Under the pieces are notes generated by a model that made no database searches, was not told where the DNA came from, and saw only the letters and a program-made list of their open reading frames with translations. A stretch of 46,085 nucleotides of DNA from an uncultured Candidatus Cloacimonadota bacterium (lineage in GTDB: Bacteria; Cloacimonadota; Cloacimonadia; Cloacimonadales; TCS61): contig CAZWYK010000001.1 of NCBI GenBank assembly GCA_964638205.1, forward strand, positions 1 to 46,085. The letters run 5' to 3'. Both the position numbers and the translations under genes were made by a program. Within the stretch, counting starts at the first letter, position 1, and every line of letters starts with the position of its first letter. Shown one piece after another: positions 26,701 to 36,155 of the stretch.

Positions 26701-28800
26701 ATGAGGGGAAATATTCACAGTTCAATCGAAGATAATATCAAGACAACATATGATAAAGTGTTGATAAAAAAACTGCTGAAATATTTGAAACCATACATGT
26801 TATATGTCATGGTTTCGTTTGTAATGCTTCTATTTATCGCGGCTACAGAGTTGGCGATGCCGGCAATTACCAAAATTGCAGTAGATGATTACATTACTGC
26901 AAACAACTCCCTCATTGAATTTGATGATGTGAAATCGCAATTATTATTTATCGAAAAATACAAAAAGATAAAATTTGAAAAATTTGAAAATCACTTAGTT
27001 TTTCCACACAAAAAGATAAATGTAATTTCGAAAATAGATTTAGATTTGCTGAAAAATAATGATAAATTGCATACAAAAATGGTTATTTTGGAGAACAATT
27101 CTGAAGCGTTAAACTTACTTCCAAATGTGATTATTTTGAATAAAAATAACATTGCTTTTTCTTCCCAAAAATTGGTAGAATTAAAGAAAAATGGAACATT
27201 ATCTGGTACTCAACTCAAAAAAATACAAAGTCGTAATATTCACAAAATTAGGCTTTTGGGGTTAATTGTTTTGGGAATTGTTTTAGCTCAATTTGTTTTC
27301 TATTTTTTGCAAATTTACACGATAAATTTTGCATCGCAACATGCGATGTATGATTTACGCAAAGATCTTTTTGCACATATTTCCAAAATGCCACTTTCTT
27401 TTTTCGATAAAAACCCGGTCGGCAGATTAGTCACACGCATCACAAATGATGTTCGTACTCTCGATGAAATGTTTAGCAACGGTCTAATTCAGCTCATTCA
27501 AGAATTTGTAGTTTTGGGCGGAATTATTGTAATGATGTTAATTTTGGATTGGAAATTAGCGTTGGTTACTTTTTCCACTTTGCCAATTGTGATAATGTTA
27601 TTCACTGTTTTTATGAAAAGAAGTCGCAAAATTTATCGTGAAGTTAGAAAAAAAGTTGCCAAAATAAATGCCGCTCTTTCGGAAGATATTTCTGGTGTGA
27701 AAATTATCCAGCTCTTCAATCAGTTTAATCGTAAGGTGAGCCAATTTGCGGAGATAAATCGAGAATATTACGAAAAATCATTATCGCAATTACGGCTATT
27801 TGCTTTTTTTCGTCCATTGATAAATTCATTGCGAAGAGTCGCCTTGGCACTTCTTTTGTGGTTTGGTGGCGGACAAATTTTTGATAATGTAATAACGCTC
27901 GGTGTTTTTATCGCCTTTATGAGTTATCTTGATCGATTTTTCGAGCCTATAAACAGATTGAGTGAGAAATTCAATATTTTGCAATCTGCAATGTCTGGCG
28001 TTGAACGAATTTTTGATTTATTTGATAAAAAACCAGAAAATTTTCAAATTCAAGAAAATGAAAATAAAATTTTGAAAGGCGAAATCGAATTCAAAAATGT
28101 GTGGCTGACTTATAATGAAAATGAATATGTTCTGCGAGATATTTCGTTTAAAATTCAGGCAGGTGAAAAAGTGGCATTAGTTGGTCATACCGGTTCGGGA
28201 AAAACTTCAATAATCAGTTTAATAGCGGGACTATATAAGTTCCAGAAAGGAAAAATCTTAATAGATGGTGCGGAAATTAGTGAATATTCATTACGCGGTT
28301 TACGCAACAACATTGGCATCGTTCAGCAAGATGTTTTTCTTTTTTCGGGCAACATTAAACAGAATATTGTTTTAAATAATACAGAAGTTTGTGCAGAAAA
28401 ATTGCAGCAAATTGCGGAATATGTAAATGTTCATCAATTTATTGATAGTTTGCCACAAAAATTTGAAGAACCCGTGATGGAGCGCGGTTCTACCTTTTCG
28501 GTTGGACAACGTCAGCTGATTGCTTTTGCGCGAGTTTTGGCATATAATCCAGCTATTTTTGTTTTAGATGAAGCTACTTCAAATATCGATACCGAAACAG
28601 AAATCCTCATTCAAGATGCGTTACAAAAATTAATGGAAAATAGAACTTCAATTGTGATTGCGCACCGTCTTTCTACCATTCAACATGTCGATAGAATCAT
28701 TGTTCTACACAAAGGCAACATTGTGGAAGTTGGTAATCATCAAGAGTTATTGCAAAAAAATGGAATTTACCATGATCTTTATAAGTTGCAATATACTTAA
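26701..28800 (+). CDS. ABC exporter, fused permease/ATPase, subunit 2, with an enlarged first extracytoplasmic loop
   Basis: Walker A GHTGSGKTS, signature FSVGQRQL, Walker B IFVLDEATSNID. The ATG directly abuts the upstream TAA. Confidence 0.9.
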   Translation: MRGNIHSSIEDNIKTTYDKVLIKKLLKYLKPYMLYVMVSFVMLLFIAATELAMPAITKIAVDDYITANNSLIEFDDVKSQLLFIEKYKKIKFEKFENHLVFPHKKINVISKIDLDLLKNNDKLHTKMVILENNSEALNLLPNVIILNKNNIAFSSQKLVELKKNGTLSGTQLKKIQSRNIHKIRLLGLIVLGIVLAQFVFYFLQIYTINFASQHAMYDLRKDLFAHISKMPLSFFDKNPVGRLVTRITNDVRTLDEMFSNGLIQLIQEFVVLGGIIVMMLILDWKLALVTFSTLPIVIMLFTVFMKRSRKIYREVRKKVAKINAALSEDISGVKIIQLFNQFNRKVSQFAEINREYYEKSLSQLRLFAFFRPLINSLRRVALALLLWFGGGQIFDNVITLGVFIAFMSYLDRFFEPINRLSEKFNILQSAMSGVERIFDLFDKKPENFQIQENENKILKGEIEFKNVWLTYNENEYVLRDISFKIQAGEKVALVGHTGSGKTSIISLIAGLYKFQKGKILIDGAEISEYSLRGLRNNIGIVQQDVFLFSGNIKQNIVLNNTEVCAEKLQQIAEYVNVHQFIDSLPQKFEEPVMERGSTFSVGQRQLIAFARVLAYNPAIFVLDEATSNIDTETEILIQDALQKLMENRTSIVIAHRLSTIQHVDRIIVLHKGNIVEVGNHQELLQKNGIYHDLYKLQYT

Positions 28801-28867
28801 TTTATGCAGATGTTTTGTCTAATTCATCAAATTAAAATGATGAAAACAAAGTTAAGTAGAGGTAAAT

Positions 28868-31828
28868 ATGGACATAAAACAATTAAATTATTATTACAAC
28901 AAATTCAAATTTGGTGAAGATAATTTTCATAATTTAATGAAGAGTAGGGTGCGAGAAGTTCTTTTGATTTCAACCTTCTATGACGCTTTTATCTTTGAAC
29001 AAGATGGTCGTTTTTCAGAACAAATTTTTGGTGAATACCGCCAGTTAAACCTTAGTACTGCACCGCGAATTACCAGTGTGCCAACTGGTAAAGAGGCGTT
29101 AAGTAAGTTGAAGAAAAAACAATATGATCTCGTTATTACAATGATGCGGATTGGTGATGTTTCTCCTTTTGAGCTAAGTAAAAAAATTAAAGAAAAATAT
29201 TCAGACATCCCCATTTTATTGCTTTTGAATGTAGAGTCAGACATTATGCTAATTAATCAAAATAAGGATAAAATGAGATTCATCGATGATGTTTTTCTTT
29301 GGAAAGGTGACAGTAAGCTTTTTCTGGCGATGATAAAATGTGTCGAGGATAAACGAAATCTGGAATATGACACTAAACATGGACTCGTTCGTGTGATTTT
29401 ATTGATCGAAGATTCTGTCCGTTATTATTCTCGTTTTTTACCATTATTATATGAAGAAATTCTTAAGCAAACCCAAAGGTTAATTTCGGAAGAGCTAAAC
29501 GATATTAATAAACGATTACGAATGCGAGTGCGCCCAAAAGTTATTTTGGTTCATAATTATGATGAAGCGGAAGAAATTCTTAACAATTATCGTGAATACA
29601 TAATTTCCATTATCTCTGATGTTAAGTATATTCGCAAAGGCGAAATTGACAGCCAAGCGGGCATTAAATTATTAAACAAAATTAAAAATGAAAAATTTGA
29701 TATTCCCGTGCTTTTGCAATCATCAGATTTAGAAAATAAGTTAAAAGCTGAAAAGTTGAACATAGCTTTTTTACATAAAAATTCTACGGCATTATTGAAA
29801 GATTTGCGTAAATTTATCTTGGATAATTTAGGCTTTGGAGATTTTATTATTAGAAATCAAGTCGGAGAAGAGATTAACCGTGCTACTTCCCTTCTAGAAT
29901 TTGAAAAAATGTTACCAAATATTTCTACTGACTCTCTTTTGTATCATGGCAAAAAAAATCATTTCTCTGCTTGGCTTATTGCTCATGGTGAGATTCAGGT
30001 TGCAAAAAAAATCAAACCAATAAAAAATGAAGATTTTTCAACATCAAAAGCGATGCGACGCTATCTTATTAAAATTTTTAAAGATGTTAGAATTCAGAAA
30101 AATCAAGGAAAAGTAACTGATTTTTCTGAAAAAAATATTGATTCTAATGGTCAAATTGTAAAATTAAGTGAAGGTTCGCTTGGCGGAAAAGGACGCGGAT
30201 TAGCTTTTCTCAACGCTCTTTTTGCTACGATGGAAATGGAAAAACAATTTCCAAGTGTTGATATTGAAATTCCAAGCACAGCCATTATTGGGACTAATGA
30301 ATTCGATTTGTTTGTGGAAAAAAATAATATTTATAACTTCATTGAAAATAGGACAGACAAAGAGATCAATGACTATTTTATAAAATGTAAATTCTCCGAT
30401 AGCTTAATGGAAAAGCTGAGGATTTTTTTGAAATACAACACAAAACCAATTGCAATCCGCTCTTCTGGACTTTTAGAAGATTCACAATCTCAACCTTTTG
30501 CGGGCATTTATGAGACCTATATGCTACCAAACAATCATCCAGACGAAACTGAAAGGTTAAATCAAATAGCGGAAACAATAAAATTAGTTTATGCTTCTGT
30601 GTTTTTATCTACAGCACGAAATTATATTGAAAGCGTTAATTCTAACATCGAAGAAGAAAAAATGGCTGTCATCTTGCAGGAAGTAACTGGAACTCAACAA
30701 GAAAATATGTATTATCCGCATATTTCTGGGGTTGCACAATCATATAATTACTATCCTACCTCTAATTTGGAAAATAAAGATGGCATTGCGATGATTGCTT
30801 TTGGACTTGGAAAAACAGTTGTAGAAGGTGAAAAGAAATTCATTTTTTGTCCACATTATCCAAAAATTGAAATCATCTCCACAAATGAAGTTATTCGTAG
30901 TACGCAAAAGGAATTTTACGCAATCAATATGGAGTATGCTGAAACAGAAGATTTGCGAAAAGGTAAAAGTACACTACAAAAAAATACAATTAAAGCAGTA
31001 AAACATCATAAAAACTTTAATCATTTAACTTCAGTTTGGGATTATGAAAACAATACTTTAACACAAGATCCTAACCGCAAAGGTCCAATTGTCGTAAATT
31101 TTGCCAACATCATTAAATACAACCATTTTCCACTTGCAGAAATCATTACACATATTTTAGAAATTGGCGAGATCGCATTTGGTGTGCCAGTTGAAATTGA
31201 ATTTGCAGTCAATATTGACAAGGGAAAAGATAGTATAAACTCTATTTTTTCACTTCTTCAAATACGTCCACTTACCGTAAATATAGAATCAATTTCGATT
31301 GATAAAAATAATTTGGATAAATCGAAATTACTACTTTACACTGAGAAGGGAATGGGGAACGGAGCAATAGATGATATTTATGATGTCATTTATTTTAATA
31401 ATGAAACTTTTGATAACATGAAAACGGAAGAGATGGCAATCGAACTTGATGAATTGAATCGAAAAATGATTGCGCAAAATAGACAATACATTTTGATTGG
31501 TGTGGGGCGTTTTGGCACGCGAGATAAATTTTTAGGTATCCCCGTTCGTTGGGACCAAATTTCCAACGCAAAAGCAATCGTAGAAATTGGTTTGGAAAAT
31601 TTTAATGTTGATGCTTCGCAAGGCACTCATTTTTTTCATAATTTAATGTCCATGAATGTTGGCTATTTTGCAATTCCGTATAATTCTGAAAACGATAACT
31701 TAGATATTGATTGGTTAAATTCCCAGAAAAACATTATCGAAGCAACATATTTTAAACAGATTAGGGTCAAAAATCCAATGAAGATTAAAATGGATGGAAA
31801 GCGCGGTATATCTGTGATTTATAAATAA
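28868..31828 (+). CDS. Degenerate receiver + receiver + PEP/pyruvate-binding (PPDK_N, ATP-grasp-type) domain protein
   Basis: PPDK_N motifs GGKGRGLAFLN and IAIRSSGLLEDSQSQPFAGIYETY. The second receiver has IEDS, IISDVKY, LLQSS and FLHK. The first receiver-like module lacks the acceptor Asp (DLVITMMRIGD). Confidence 0.7.
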   Translation: MDIKQLNYYYNKFKFGEDNFHNLMKSRVREVLLISTFYDAFIFEQDGRFSEQIFGEYRQLNLSTAPRITSVPTGKEALSKLKKKQYDLVITMMRIGDVSPFELSKKIKEKYSDIPILLLLNVESDIMLINQNKDKMRFIDDVFLWKGDSKLFLAMIKCVEDKRNLEYDTKHGLVRVILLIEDSVRYYSRFLPLLYEEILKQTQRLISEELNDINKRLRMRVRPKVILVHNYDEAEEILNNYREYIISIISDVKYIRKGEIDSQAGIKLLNKIKNEKFDIPVLLQSSDLENKLKAEKLNIAFLHKNSTALLKDLRKFILDNLGFGDFIIRNQVGEEINRATSLLEFEKMLPNISTDSLLYHGKKNHFSAWLIAHGEIQVAKKIKPIKNEDFSTSKAMRRYLIKIFKDVRIQKNQGKVTDFSEKNIDSNGQIVKLSEGSLGGKGRGLAFLNALFATMEMEKQFPSVDIEIPSTAIIGTNEFDLFVEKNNIYNFIENRTDKEINDYFIKCKFSDSLMEKLRIFLKYNTKPIAIRSSGLLEDSQSQPFAGIYETYMLPNNHPDETERLNQIAETIKLVYASVFLSTARNYIESVNSNIEEEKMAVILQEVTGTQQENMYYPHISGVAQSYNYYPTSNLENKDGIAMIAFGLGKTVVEGEKKFIFCPHYPKIEIISTNEVIRSTQKEFYAINMEYAETEDLRKGKSTLQKNTIKAVKHHKNFNHLTSVWDYENNTLTQDPNRKGPIVVNFANIIKYNHFPLAEIITHILEIGEIAFGVPVEIEFAVNIDKGKDSINSIFSLLQIRPLTVNIESISIDKNNLDKSKLLLYTEKGMGNGAIDDIYDVIYFNNETFDNMKTEEMAIELDELNRKMIAQNRQYILIGVGRFGTRDKFLGIPVRWDQISNAKAIVEIGLENFNVDASQGTHFFHNLMSMNVGYFAIPYNSENDNLDIDWLNSQKNIIEATYFKQIRVKNPMKIKMDGKRGISVIYK

Positions 31829-31870
31829 TTATTATTTATTTTTCGCAAAACTTGACAGCAAGAACACTGA

Positions 31871-33244
<1,374 letters not shown>

Positions 33245-33274
33245 TCTATAGATACGCATATATAAATACAAAAA

Positions 33275-33302
33275 GCACTTCTCAATCTGAGGGGTGCTTT
33301 TT
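33275..33302 (+). terminator. Rho-independent terminator of gdhA
   Basis: Stem gcacttctca (33275-33284), loop atc, stem tgaggggtgc (33288-33297; 10 bp including two G-U pairs), then ttttt. Confidence 0.7.
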
Positions 33303-33507
33303 GTATAAATTGTAAACAAAATTCACAATTATATATTTATATTGCCATTATGATTATTTTTTCATATTCAAATAAATAAATATTTTATTTGCAGTATTCT
33401 ATGAACTTTATTGTCATAAAATATGAAATAAGTTGAAGTTTGGAACAGAAATTGCATTCTAAAACAAAAAGCAGTAAAAAAATAATATTGATAAAATAGG
33501 AGAAAAT

Positions 33508-33750
33508 ATGAATGTAGAAAAACTAACAAGACTGGCTATTAGCGATAATGGTTTTATCTTCGATCCGATTACGGGACACAGTTTTACCACAAATGAGATT
33601 GGCATAGAAATCATTAATCTGCTCAAAGAAAACAAAGAAAACAAAGATATCATCGATGAGCTTAACGAAATTTACAGTGTTAATGAAAATGAACTTGATG
33701 TTGATTTAATGGATTTTATTCACAATCTTAAAAATTTCAGTTTGGTATAA
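33508..33750 (+). CDS. PqqD-family (RRE-like) small protein
   Basis: 80 aa. FTTNEIGIEIINLL matches the PqqD LNxxgxxIWxLL pattern, and IIDELNEIYSVNENELDVDLMDFIHNLKNFSLV matches the PqqD C-terminal helices. SD AGGAG lies 6 nt upstream. Confidence 0.6.
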   Translation: MNVEKLTRLAISDNGFIFDPITGHSFTTNEIGIEIINLLKENKENKDIIDELNEIYSVNENELDVDLMDFIHNLKNFSLV

Positions 33751-33753
33751 ATT

Positions 33754-34809
33754 ATGAAAATTACAGTAGCAATTAGTGGAATCAATGCAATTGATAATCC
33801 AGGACCAGGAACTGGCATTGCCAAATCTCTCAAAGAAAGTGGACTTGATGTTCGTACCATCGGTTTAGCTTATGATGCCCTGGAACCTGGTATTTATATG
33901 GATGAGGTCATCGATAAATCTTACATTATGCCGTATCCTTCGGGAGAACGCGAATCATTCATAAAAAGAATTCGCTACATTCATTCGATCGAAAAACTTG
34001 ATGTGATAATTTCAGCGTTAGATGCCGAACTTCCAATTTATATGGATATTGAAAAAGATCTTGCTGAAATGGGAATTAAGATGCTCATTCCGAGTAAAGA
34101 AATGTTCAAGCTTCGCAATAAAATAGAACTGAAAAAATTGGCAGAAGAAATAGGTGTGAAAAGTCCCGCATATATAGCTTGTGCATCATATCCAGATTTA
34201 CTCGCGGCGATTAATATCGTGGGTTATCCGTGTATGGTTAAAGGTCCGTTTTATGAAGCATTTAAGGCACATAACCTTGCTGAAGCTGAATTACATTTTT
34301 CTAAAATAGCTAACAAATGGGGTTATCCAATTATTGTGCAAAAATTTATTTACGGTGAAGAATTTGATGTGATCGGTTGTGGTGCTGGAAATGGAAAAGA
34401 TTTGGGCGTTTTTGCTATTCGCAAAATGACGACTACTTCGCTCGGAAAAGTTTGGAATGCGGTAAGCATTCACAACGATGATTTAATTGAAGCGACCAAA
34501 AGAATGATTGCAAAATTACAATGGCGAGGCGGTCTCGAATTTGAAGCATTAATAGAAAACGGAACTGGCGATATTTATCTTTTGGAAATAAACCCGCGTT
34601 TCCCAGCGTGGATTTACATGGCATCTGGCTGTGGAATTAACTTGCCAGAACGAATGGTGAAATCTCTTTTGAATTTAGATTATGAAAATCATTCTGACTA
34701 TAAAAGTGGGAAAATGATGATTCGTTACACTGCCGAATTGGTAAAAGACATTAGTGATTTTGAAAAAATAACGACCAATGGTGAATTGGAAAATAGGAGT
34801 AAAAAATGA
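33754..34809 (+). CDS. ATP-grasp domain ligase (carboxylate-amine/peptide ligase type)
   Basis: VGYPCMVKGPFYEA, PIIVQKFIYGEEFDV and YLLEINPRFPAWIY, with typical ATP-grasp order and spacing. Confidence 0.8.
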   Translation: MKITVAISGINAIDNPGPGTGIAKSLKESGLDVRTIGLAYDALEPGIYMDEVIDKSYIMPYPSGERESFIKRIRYIHSIEKLDVIISALDAELPIYMDIEKDLAEMGIKMLIPSKEMFKLRNKIELKKLAEEIGVKSPAYIACASYPDLLAAINIVGYPCMVKGPFYEAFKAHNLAEAELHFSKIANKWGYPIIVQKFIYGEEFDVIGCGAGNGKDLGVFAIRKMTTTSLGKVWNAVSIHNDDLIEATKRMIAKLQWRGGLEFEALIENGTGDIYLLEINPRFPAWIYMASGCGINLPERMVKSLLNLDYENHSDYKSGKMMIRYTAELVKDISDFEKITTNGELENRSKK

Positions 34810-36137
34810 GTAAAAAAGAGTATATAAAACCATTTATAAAAAAACAAACTGCTGGAAATATGAATAAATTCGGTTCATTTTATCAGAAAAACTACCGTGA
34901 TGAAATTGCTGGTGCAAAGATAGATGCAATCGTAGAAAAATGTGGTTCACCTGTTTTTGTTATTGATGAAAAAGCCATTCGTGAAAAATACCGTGAAGTT
35001 TATCGCAATTTTAGTAGTCGCTACCCAAAAGTGCAATTTTCATGGTCGTATAAAACAAATTATCTCGATGCAATCTGTGCTGTTTATCATCAAGAGGGCT
35101 CAATTGCAGAAGTAGTTTCTGAATTTGAATATCAGAAAGCACGCCGTCTCGGCGTGCCAGGAAATAAAATTATTTTTAATGGTCCCTTCAAACCAGAAGA
35201 AGCACTAAAAGTTGCATTCGAAGAAGGTGCAATCGTAAATTTAGATAACTTTGATGAAATTTTCAAAGCAGAAAAAGTTGCAAAAGAGATGGGGCAAATT
35301 GTTGATGTTGGTATCCGCCTAAATATGGATACAGGCGTTTATCCACAATGGTCGCGCTTTGGTTTTAATTATGAAAATCGTAATGCTTACGATGCCGCAA
35401 AACGCATCCACAAAAGTGAATGGCTCAATCTTACGGGACTTCATTCTCACATTGGTACTTTTATGCTGGAACCAAAAGCTTACGCTGCCCAAGTGAAAGT
35501 TATGATTGACTTTATGCGTATAATTGAACGTGAATTCGACATGACAATTGATTCGCTTGATTTTGGTGGTGGTTTTCCATCTCGCAATAAACTGAAAGGA
35601 ACATATTTGCCACCAGAAGTATCGGTTCCATCACTTTCAGATTTTATTGCGGCAATTTCAGCAGACGAATATCCTACCGTTTATATGGAAACTGGGCGTG
35701 GACTCATCGACGAAGCAGGTTATCTCGTAACTACGGTTGATGCGATAAAACGACTTCCGAGTGGAATAAAAAGTTACATTATCGATGCTGGCGTGAATTA
35801 TTTATACACTTCAACTTGGTATAATTATAAAGTTGAGGTTGACCGCCCGATTGAAGGTTCTTACGAAAATTGTATCGTTTACGGTCCACTTTGTATGAAT
35901 ATTGATGTGGTTTTGGAAAATGCTTCATTACCGCCACTTTCACGCGGAACTCGCTTGATTCTTTCGCCAATGGCGGCGTATAATGTAACGCAATGGATGC
36001 AATTTATTCGCTACCGCCCAGCCGTAGCTATGATTATGGATAATGGCGAAATCGAAATTATTCGTCGTGCCGAAAATTTGGAAGATGTGATTGGTCCAGA
36101 AAGATTACCAGAAAAATTGAAAAAATTTGAGCTGTAG
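34806..36137 (+). CDS. Fold-III PLP-dependent decarboxylase (Orn/DAP/Arg decarboxylase family)
   Basis: PLP-Lys context FSWSYKTNY, then HSHIGT, DFGGGFP, ETGRGL and YGPLCMNID. ATGA overlap with the ATP-grasp gene. Confidence 0.85.
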   Translation: MSKKEYIKPFIKKQTAGNMNKFGSFYQKNYRDEIAGAKIDAIVEKCGSPVFVIDEKAIREKYREVYRNFSSRYPKVQFSWSYKTNYLDAICAVYHQEGSIAEVVSEFEYQKARRLGVPGNKIIFNGPFKPEEALKVAFEEGAIVNLDNFDEIFKAEKVAKEMGQIVDVGIRLNMDTGVYPQWSRFGFNYENRNAYDAAKRIHKSEWLNLTGLHSHIGTFMLEPKAYAAQVKVMIDFMRIIEREFDMTIDSLDFGGGFPSRNKLKGTYLPPEVSVPSLSDFIAAISADEYPTVYMETGRGLIDEAGYLVTTVDAIKRLPSGIKSYIIDAGVNYLYTSTWYNYKVEVDRPIEGSYENCIVYGPLCMNIDVVLENASLPPLSRGTRLILSPMAAYNVTQWMQFIRYRPAVAMIMDNGEIEIIRRAENLEDVIGPERLPEKLKKFEL

Positions 36138-36155
36138 TAGAATAAGGAGTAATTT

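Noticed and set aside
33350-33463. Mini-ORFs upstream of the PqqD-like gene (MIIFSYSNK, MNFIVIKYEIS, TTG-LKFGTEIAF) as RiPP precursor peptides
   Set aside because: They are only 9-11 codons long, have no Shine-Dalgarno sequence and no leader/core organisation. The AT-rich intergenic sequence produces such ORFs by chance.
33459-33653. 64-aa minus-strand ORF overlapping the PqqD-like gene start
   Set aside because: It is antisense to a gene with a good SD and recognisable fold pattern, and its Ser/Leu/Phe/Ile composition is typical of a shadow frame.
33508-33750. The 80-aa protein as an acyl/peptidyl carrier protein (BtrI-like ACP)
   Set aside because: It has no (D/G)xDS(L/I) phosphopantetheine site. 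GHSFTTNEIGIEIINLL fits the PqqD LNxxxxxIWxLL pattern better, and the Ser sits too close to the N-terminus for an ACP helix-2 position.
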